In this document: positions 45,754 to 52,772 of the stretch, piece after piece
Layout of the letters: each line of letters starts with the position of its first letter
How positions within the stretch are numbered: the stretch's first letter is position 1
Source of the DNA: Planctomycetota bacterium
Lineage (GTDB): Bacteria > Planctomycetota > Planctomycetia > Pirellulales > Lacipirellulaceae
NCBI GenBank assembly: GCA_039190745.1
Contig: JBCCXZ010000022.1
Location: 1 to 52,772, forward strand
Length of the DNA: 52,772 nucleotides
Reading direction: 5' to 3'
Made by a program: the position numbers and the translations under genes
Notes under the pieces: generated by a model
What the model was told of the DNA's origin: nothing
Databases searched by the model: none
The model's input: only the letters and a program-made list of their open reading frames with translations

Positions 45754-45942
45754 CTAGATAGGAGGAGGAACCTGCAGGTCTCGGCAGATCTTCTTCGCTA
45801 GAAAGTCGTTGATTTCACGGTGACGCGGTACCGACGAAGAACGGCCAACGCTTGGATTGGCATAGACGGTATGGCGACCGCCCTCACGAACGAGCCGGCA
45901 TCCACTGGATTCAAGATGCCGGACCAGATCAATCCGCTTCAT
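45754..45942 (-). CDS. hicA: HicA-family toxin
   Basis: 62 aa basic protein; REGGRHTVY, VPRHREI; ATGA overlap with hicB. Confidence 0.9.
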   Translation of the reverse strand: MKRIDLVRHLESSGCRLVREGGRHTVYANPSVGRSSSVPRHREINDFLAKKICRDLQVPPPI

Positions 45943-46157
45943 GGCCCGGCGATCGAGAATGGTTCGCGGACCACAGCCTGATCTGCAACCGACTCCTCGG
46001 CGAGTTGGCGATTCGCCTGGAGAACCAATGTCACTGCTTCGCGCAGGTTCTCTTTCGCTTCCTCGAGTGTGGCGCCCTGAGTGTTTGCGCCGGGCAACTC
46101 TTCCACAAACGCGACGTACCCCTCGGGCACCTGCATGTAGACCGCGGTAAGTTCCAT
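45939..46157 (-). CDS. hicB: HicB-family antitoxin (short form)
   Basis: GYVAFVEELPGANTQGATLEEAKENLREAV; 72 aa, no C-terminal DNA-binding domain visible. Confidence 0.9.
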   Translation of the reverse strand: MELTAVYMQVPEGYVAFVEELPGANTQGATLEEAKENLREAVTLVLQANRQLAEESVADQAVVREPFSIAGP

Positions 46158-46322
46158 AGACTATTCGCTCCTGGGGCCGCTCCTGAGGAATTATCGGACT
46201 CTACCAGCATTATAGCTAGAGCACTGCCCGGGCAATCGCTATCGGCAGAATGGCTAGGCGCCCGAGGCGTGGCGAGAACGCAATGGGACACTGAGAGGCA
46301 GGCAGCCCTGCTTGCGTGGGCC

Positions 46323-49300
46323 CTACTGGCCGCCGCCATAAACCTCGGCCAGCGCTCGGTACCACCGATCCTTGGCCCGCGGGTCGAGGCGGTCGAGCGC
46401 GGCCTCGGCGTCGCTGGCCGAGTACCTGCGGAAGACACGAATCATGCCCTTCTCAACGATGGTCAGGAAGTTGCCGTCGGGGGTGCAGGTTGCCTTCGAC
46501 AGGACATGGGCTGATTCTGACAGGGTCGCCACCCGCCGGCCGTCGGTTGAGTCGGCGAGTACCAATTGGCCCAGCGGGCCGGAGCGCCTCACAAAGCCGA
46601 TGTAGCGATCCCCGGTCGGCAGGATGCACTTCGGAGAGGCGGTGGTCTGGAGCGAGTCGACGAGCGCTCCGTCGTTCGTGCCGAAGCGATCGACTTGGCC
46701 GTCCTCCCACCCGACGGACAGTGTTTCGGCATCGGGGCCGAATGCCATGGTGGTAACGCCGCCCTGCTTCTCAGACTCGAACAACTGCTTGCCCGTGTCG
46801 GCATCCCAGCACGAAACGGCGGCGGGCTTCCGCCAATCGCCCATGGCAAAGTACCGGCCGTCTGGCGCGAAAACCAACCGCGGCAACCCCGACAGCTTGT
46901 ACTTCAGGTCGCCGGTGGAAGCGTCGTACCCCGCGATCTTCCAGGACGTGCCGTAGACCAAGGTCTCCCCCGAGCGGCTGAGGAAGAACGCCATACCGAC
47001 ACGGGCTCCGCCGGTGGCATGCTCCGACAACCGGAAAGTGGCGGCCGGCTTTCTGACCTGCCGAGCTCCTCTACTCTGTCCGGTATCGGGCTCCGGCTCC
47101 GCAAACTCGTAGGCGGGACCATCAGGTCTCGAGAAGCCGACTTCTCGGTGTGGTAGAAGGTGTCGGCGCCCTCCCAGAGCGCGAACACCCGTGAGCCCGC
47201 AGGGTGTGCAGCCAGGTAGACATTTTTTTGGCTGGCTCCCTTCAAGCCTTCCGGCGGCATCACCCAGAACCGCCCCGTCGCCTGGACTCGGCGGTCTTGC
47301 AGCTGGTACCAGTTCAAACGCCCGCCGGAAGTGGTGATGTCCCCAATCTCGATCGGATTGAAGGTCCAGATGGTGTCTCCCGTCTGGCAGGCCGACCACA
47401 GGAAACTGCTGAAGCCTGTCGAAACTTCGGAGGGGCTCTGCTCGGAACTTCGATTCTCGACCCCCAGCACGGAAAGGGTAGGCGACCGCGGGGCAAAAAC
47501 CTCGACGGCGCCGTCGCTCGCGACGGCGACAGCCATCGTGGTGGGGTCGACGTCGAGAATGCGTGCTTTGTCTGAATCGGCTGACACCCGCCGCTGCGGA
47601 GACAACGAGGACGCCCCGAGCGTCACGGCCAACCGGCTCGGGCCTGTGCCTTCAACGCCTTCTCGTTCTTCCGATAAGACCGAGAACACGGAGAGCGCAT
47701 CCGACGAATGGCTCACCAGCCCTACCGTGCCTCCGCGGCGCCAGCCCGCCAGCTTGGCCTCGTAGCCGATGTCCGAGACGCCACGCGGCACGGTGGCAAC
47801 CAAACCGCGCGGTCTGGTGTCGACCACCCGGTAGACGCTGTCCAGCCCGGTCAGGCTGCCGGTGCGGAGCCCCACGAGGTGGTCGTTGCCGGCGAAATCG
47901 AACTGCTGCAGTTCCACTAGCTGCTTCTCAACGGCGTCCTCATTCCAATTCCATACGAGCGGCAGGATCCCGACATTAAACGAGCCGCACAACACCCGCT
48001 CGCCATTGGGCGACAGTCGGAGATTGTGGACGCGGTCGAAGGCCGTAAAGTCGGTCTCGGCCAGGACGCTGCCGTCGTCGGCGCTGAGGATGCTCACGGC
48101 GTGGTCTCCCTCGACCGCCCCCAAGACCGGGCTCTCAACCGCCGCCGACAACAAGCGTGGTCGAAATCCGTCCGGTCCCTGAGCCGTGACTTCCAGCTCC
48201 GGCAGCGACAACACTACTAAGCCTTCGTTCTCGGTCACCAACGCGATGCGTGGCTCGGAGTCTTTCGCAGCAGGCGACACGGGGCAGACTTGCCAGACCG
48301 ATCCCATGGAGGCGAGGTCCAGTTTCGCTACCTCCTGCCCGGTCATGAGTTCCTGGACCACCATGGAGTCTTCGTAACTCGTCACCAACCACCCGCCACC
48401 GGAACGGAGGTCGCTCTCCCGCTTGGGGATCACAATCCTGGCGTGTCGCGGCTCCGGTCCGATCGAGAAACGACCGACCGGCGCGAAGTAACGCCGCGCT
48501 TCTCCGACGATCCGAGAAAAATACGTGCCGTACTCCCAATGCGAAGCAAACCGCTCCGCGGCAACGAGCCTCTCGTACGACTCCGCGAGGTTCCCGTCCT
48601 TCAGCGCGTACTCGGCCGACTGGAACTCGAGCAGTTGCTGCGCTTTGTCACGCTCGGCTTCGGCGGCCTCGGCGATCGCTTGGTTCTCTTGGCTGAGGAC
48701 GGCGTTAGCACGCGCCTGACGTTCAGCAGCCAGGTACGCGCTCCCCAGCACCGCCACAGAGACCAGCGAGAGCACCGCCAGGGCGCCAGCCAAACCGGCC
48801 ACGGCGGGATTCCGCAGGCACCACCGCCACGCCCGCTGCGGGGCGCTCACCGGCCGGGCCTTGATCGGCCGGCCATCGAGCCAACTCCGCAGATCGGACG
48901 CCACCGCGGCCGCCGAGGCGTACCGCTTCTCACGTGGCTTCTCCAGGCACTTCAGCGCGATCGTCTCCAGGTCGCGGGGCACGAGCGCATTCAGCTGATG
49001 CGGACTCGGGGCCGGCTCGTGGGCCACTTGGTGGATCAGCATCCGGGCGTTGCCCCGGAACGGCAGCTCTCCGGTCAGCAGCTGGAACAGCACCACGCCC
49101 AGCGAGTAGACGTCGCTCCTGTTGTCGGCGTCCTCCGCCTCGCCCGCTGCCTGCTCGGGCGACATGTAAGCAGGCGTGCCGAGCACTTGGCCGTCGAGCG
49201 AGAGCGTCACCTCGGCCGCGTCTCGTTTCGCGAGCCCGAAGTCCATCAGGTGAGGCTCGCCGTCTCCGTCGAGCATGATGTTGCCCGGCTTGAGGTCGCG

Positions 49301-49927
49301 GTGAACGACCCCCCGCTGGTGGGCGTGTTCGAGCGCGTCGGCCAGCTTCGTGCAAAGCTCGGCAGACTCGCGCGGCGTGAGCTGCTGGCCGGTGAGCCAA
49401 TCGGCGAGCGACAATCCACGCACGAACTCGCTCACAATGTACAGCGTGTCGCCGTCTCGGCCCACCTCGTACACCGGGACGATCCCCGGGTGGTTAAGCT
49501 GCGCCGCGCTCTGCGCCTCGCGCAGGAACGCCTTCTCTTGCTTCGCGTCGAACTGACCCTTGCGAGGGATCTTCACCGCGACCGTGCGTTCGAGCTTCGT
49601 GTCGTGCGCCTTCCAGACCGAGCCGAACGCCCCAAGCCCGACGCGCTCCACGAGCTTGAAGTGGGCCACCTCCGAAACGCTGACGGCGCCCTTCGTTTCG
49701 TGGCCCTCGCTGACCAGGCTGAAGTTGCTGCCGCACGAAGTGCACTGGATTCCCTCCAGCGAACTGTCGGGCGCGACCTCGATGGGGTCGCCGCAGTAGG
49801 GGCAGCGGACCCGCAAGCCCACGCCCTCCTCAGTGCTCCCCGGGTCGTGCCGCGCAGTCGGCGGGAGGCCCTCCGCATCCACCGGAGCCTCCGCAGAGCT
49901 AGGGCTTGGAAGTGGGTCCGCGCTCAT
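46323..49927 (-). pseudogene. Zn-ribbon + Ser/Thr kinase + WD40-repeat protein, frameshifted near 47115 (pseudogene or sequencing error)
   Basis: CPYC...CTSC; VGLGAFGSVW, VAVK, HRDLKPGN, DFGLA, GTPAYMSPEQ; TM then beta-propeller repeats. The propeller continues in the 46323 frame (LVFAPDGRYFA, MAFGPDAETL, TPDGNFL) after the first frame loses protein-like character. Confidence 0.78.
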
Positions 49928-50025
49928 GGGGCATCCGCAATGCAACGAATCCAATCATCGACCGACTCGCGCCGGTGAAGCTGGCTCGGAGTATAGCAGA
50001 CGCCGCTTACCGGTAAGGCCGGCTG

Positions 50026-52026
50026 CTAGGCGGACCCCGTCGAAGACCGGTCCACCACCCGGCACTCCGGCAGACTTTCCAAAAACACCCGCCCGTAGCT
50101 CTTGGTGCTCACCCGCGGGTCGAGGATCACCACCCGGCCCGTGTCGCGGCGGGTGCGGATCAGGCGGCCGAAGCCCTGCTTGAGCTTCAGCACCGCCTCG
50201 GGCAGCTGGTACTGGCGGAACGGCTCGCCCCCCTCGGCGCGGATCGCTTCGAGCCGCGCCTCCAGCAGCGGCCGGTCGGGCACACTGAACGGCAGCTTGG
50301 CGATGATCACCAGCTGCAGCGCGTCGCCCGGCACGTCGACGCCCTGCCAGAAGCTGTCCGTGCCCAGCAGCACGGTGCGCGGGTTCTGCTTGAACTGCTC
50401 CAGCATCCGGCTCCGCGGCGTGCCGTCGGATTGGCTGAGCAGGTTCAGGTTGTTCGCCGCCAGCCACGGAGCCAGCCGCGACGCGAACCGCCGCATCATG
50501 TCGTAGCTGGTAAGCAGCACGAACGCCCGGCCGTCGGTTTGCTTGACGTGGTGCTGGATCGCTTCGACGGCCGAACGCTCGAAGGCGTCACGCTCGGCCG
50601 TGGGGTCGGGCATGTCGCGCATCACCACCAGCTCGGCCTGCTCGGAGTAATCGAACGGGCTGTCGAGCCGCAGCGTCTCGCTCTGGGTGACGCCGATCCG
50701 CCCGCGGAAGAAGTCGAACGAGTCGCCCTTCCCCACCGCGAGGGTCGCGCTGGTTAGCACCACCGACGACGCCTTGGCGAACAGCTCCGAGCGGAGCGCG
50801 GGGCCAACGTCGATCGGAGCCGCGGACAGCGTCAGCCGGGGCATGCCGCGCCGCGAGCGGTAGGCGTCGACCCAGTACACGGCGCCGCCGACCTGCTGGC
50901 GGTGCCAGCTCTGCAGCTCGCCAGCCAGCGAGAGCAGCCGGTCGTGCCCGGCGATGAAGTCCTGCCGCTCGGTCTCATCGTGCAGCTCGTCGCCGGCCCG
51001 CTTCACCTGCTTGGCGAGCGTCTCCAGCTCGCCGCTCAGCCGGTTGGGCACGTCGACCGGTTCGCCGACCCGGCCGTTCTTCGGACCCCGCGTCTCGGCC
51101 CAGTCGAACAGGTCGCCGAACAGCTCGTCGCTCGCCACCCGGCAACGGTCGACGCGCTGCATCAGCTGGTGCAACCCGTGGTGCACCAGCAGGCCCTTCT
51201 GCGTCCGGTCGTTGTAGAGCCGGCTCAGTGCGTACTCTACCTGACCGCTGGTGAGCCGGATGCCCATGTGGTCGGCGGCGACGGCCTCGGCGGTGTGGGC
51301 TTCGTCCAGCACCGCCAGGTCGTAGTCGGGCAAGATGCTCACGCCGTTGCGGCGTAGCGCCAGGTCGCTGAAGAACAAAGCGTGGTTCACCACCAGAACC
51401 TGGGCGTTCTGCACCCGCCGGCGGTCTTGGTAGTAGAAGCACTTGCGGTACGTCGGGCAGCGGCGGCCCATGCAGTTGCTGTGGTCGCTGGCTACCTCGT
51501 CCCACACGGCCGGCTGCGGCTGGTACGGCAGGTCGCTGAGCGATCCGTCGGCGGTGGTCTCGGTCCAATCCCGCAGCTCGCGGAGCTGGGTGAGCGCCTC
51601 GTCGGTGTCGAACAGCGACCGCTTCCGCGCCATCGCCGCCTTCAGCCGACGCAGGCTCACGTAGTTCCGCCGGCCCTTCACCAGCACGGCCGAGAACTCC
51701 CGCGGCACGACGCTGTTGAGGAGCGGCAGGTCTTTCTGGATCAGCTGCTCCTGCAGGCTAATGGTGTGCGTAGAGATGACCACCCGCGGCGGGCTCTCGC
51801 TCTCGGGGTCGGTCGCGGCGAGGATGGCCGGCACGAGATAGGCGTAGCTCTTGCCGACGCCGGTGCCCGCTTCAACGACTAAGTGTTTCTTGTCGGAGAA
51901 CGCGCGCGATACCGCCTCGGCCATCGCCAACTGCTGCGGACGCTCTTCGTACTGCTCCAGCCGCCGGGCGATGGCCCCGTCGGGGCCGAGGACGCCGGCG
52001 GCGGTGAGGCTGGCAGAGGTAGTCAT
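50026..52026 (-). CDS. DinG/YoaA-family ATP-dependent DNA helicase
   Basis: EAGTGVGKS, KGRRNY, C..RRCP...C, VVNHAL, LDEAH, LTSATL, FWQGVDVPG, KLPF, QGFGRLIR. Confidence 0.93.
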   Translation of the reverse strand: MTTSASLTAAGVLGPDGAIARRLEQYEERPQQLAMAEAVSRAFSDKKHLVVEAGTGVGKSYAYLVPAILAATDPESESPPRVVISTHTISLQEQLIQKDLPLLNSVVPREFSAVLVKGRRNYVSLRRLKAAMARKRSLFDTDEALTQLRELRDWTETTADGSLSDLPYQPQPAVWDEVASDHSNCMGRRCPTYRKCFYYQDRRRVQNAQVLVVNHALFFSDLALRRNGVSILPDYDLAVLDEAHTAEAVAADHMGIRLTSGQVEYALSRLYNDRTQKGLLVHHGLHQLMQRVDRCRVASDELFGDLFDWAETRGPKNGRVGEPVDVPNRLSGELETLAKQVKRAGDELHDETERQDFIAGHDRLLSLAGELQSWHRQQVGGAVYWVDAYRSRRGMPRLTLSAAPIDVGPALRSELFAKASSVVLTSATLAVGKGDSFDFFRGRIGVTQSETLRLDSPFDYSEQAELVVMRDMPDPTAERDAFERSAVEAIQHHVKQTDGRAFVLLTSYDMMRRFASRLAPWLAANNLNLLSQSDGTPRSRMLEQFKQNPRTVLLGTDSFWQGVDVPGDALQLVIIAKLPFSVPDRPLLEARLEAIRAEGGEPFRQYQLPEAVLKLKQGFGRLIRTRRDTGRVVILDPRVSTKSYGRVFLESLPECRVVDRSSTGSA

Positions 52027-52033
52027 CGGCGGG

Positions 52034-52603
52034 TCATCCTGACGCCAGAGAGTCTCGCAGGGCGAGCAATCGGTCAATGGTCTCGGGGGCTTCCTTCAAC
52101 TCGCAGAGGGGCGTGAACTCGTTGATGAGCGTTCCCCAATCGAGCTTGCCCTCTTGCCGGACCAGGATGCCTTCGACATCGATCCAATCCTGCGGGCGGC
52201 CGGCGAAGGCTTTGTAAACCACCAAATCCTTCGCGGACACCGTCCTTAGTTCCACGCCCTCCGGGAACGTATAGAGGGAACCGCGGTCCACCGCACGCCT
52301 CTCGAACTCAAACGCCCCCAGGGAGACGTCCACTCCATAACCCCTCTCGGAAGTCAGCAACACCACTCGGCTGATCAAGGCAAAGTCCTTGGCGTCTGCT
52401 CGGCGGGGCGTAGAGCGATCCATCAGCGCGTCGATGTAGGCTTCTTCTCCTCCGATATCTGTGTAGAGGCAGATGTCCGCGTCGTTGGTCAGCCGCGCGC
52501 GGCCCCACCGATTCACGGCCAATCCGCCGATAAACGCGAAGGGCCAGCCGTGCTGCTCAAGAAACGCTTGCACCTCGCCGGCGGCCCTGAGTACTTCAAT
52601 CAT
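52034..52603 (-). CDS. Nucleotidyltransferase (DUF6036/AbiEii-like)
   Basis: FIGGLAV..WG..RLTNDAD, DLVVYKAFAGRPQD..D. Confidence 0.75.
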   Translation of the reverse strand: MIEVLRAAGEVQAFLEQHGWPFAFIGGLAVNRWGRARLTNDADICLYTDIGGEEAYIDALMDRSTPRRADAKDFALISRVVLLTSERGYGVDVSLGAFEFERRAVDRGSLYTFPEGVELRTVSAKDLVVYKAFAGRPQDWIDVEGILVRQEGKLDWGTLINEFTPLCELKEAPETIDRLLALRDSLASG

Positions 52604-52772
52604 TACGGGTCTTGGAAAGCAGGGCCTGCAACTCGACCAAACCGCTCGTCTGGGTCGGGGCGGGGTCTGGCTTGGCGAACTCCAAGACGTTCGCCACCGC
52701 TTGCTGGTGTTGCGTCTCGCTCAGCCGGCGTTGCTCGTCCCGCCCGGCTTCTTCAAGCAGCGGCCCAACCCG
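52596..52772 (-). CDS. Small hypothetical protein upstream of the nucleotidyltransferase (5' truncated by the window edge)
   Basis: Hand translation ...RVGPLLEEAGRDEQRRLSETQHQQAVANVLEFAKPDPAPTQTSGLVELQALLSKTRND*; stop overlaps the NTase start by 8 nt. Confidence 0.6.
   Translation of the reverse strand, partial: RVGPLLEEAGRDEQRRLSETQHQQAVANVLEFAKPDPAPTQTSGLVELQALLSKTRND

Noticed and set aside
45754..52772. Prophage, integrative element or type IV CRISPR/defence island around hicBA, DinG and the NTase
   Set aside because: No integrase, att repeats, phage or cas genes visible; the helicase looks like the housekeeping YoaA/DinG type. Sequence beyond the window edge is unseen.
1..52772. tRNA, rRNA or transposase/RAYT genes
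   Set aside because: None recognised by eye; the REP-like elements would need an enzyme encoded elsewhere. tRNAscan-SE and Infernal would be needed to exclude small RNAs.

Overview
GC-rich bacterial chromosomal window, most likely a planctomycete of the Pirellulales (inferred from a BBP2-type porin with a Cys-rich N-terminus, a Zn-ribbon/Ser-Thr kinase/WD40 protein, a carboxypeptidase-regulatory/TlpA protein and a GH10-like protein). Housekeeping genes: ppk2, aroC, purC, alaS, nnrE, guaB, pilT, hisF and a DinG-family helicase. The standout is a ~12.5 kb redox locus (6440-18985) of two convergent units. On + are a pentaheme cytochrome c and a putative outer-membrane beta-barrel. On - are a membrane-anchored FAD/NAD(P)/[2Fe-2S] reductase, a tetraheme cytochrome c, a 2x cyclic-nucleotide-binding + 4x[4Fe-4S] protein, a 4-His cytochrome-b-like membrane protein and a decaheme cytochrome with a Cys-rich N-terminus (19 CxxCH motifs in total). 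It could be a cyclic-nucleotide-responsive trans-envelope electron conduit; that function is inference. About 12 kb away lies an atypical class III cyclase-Ser/Thr kinase-TM-Cache fusion. Intergenic DNA carries at least three REP/REPIN-like palindrome-doublet families, a composite nested repeat and short tandem repeats. One inverted REPIN pair brackets a two-gene cassette inside the cytochrome locus. There are also a hicBA module, a small-protein/nucleotidyltransferase pair, a catalytically degenerate GspE/PilB paralogue coupled to pilT, and two frameshifted genes. No rRNA, tRNA, CRISPR array or transposase was recognised. Start codons were chosen by eye and all product calls come from motif recognition, not database searches.
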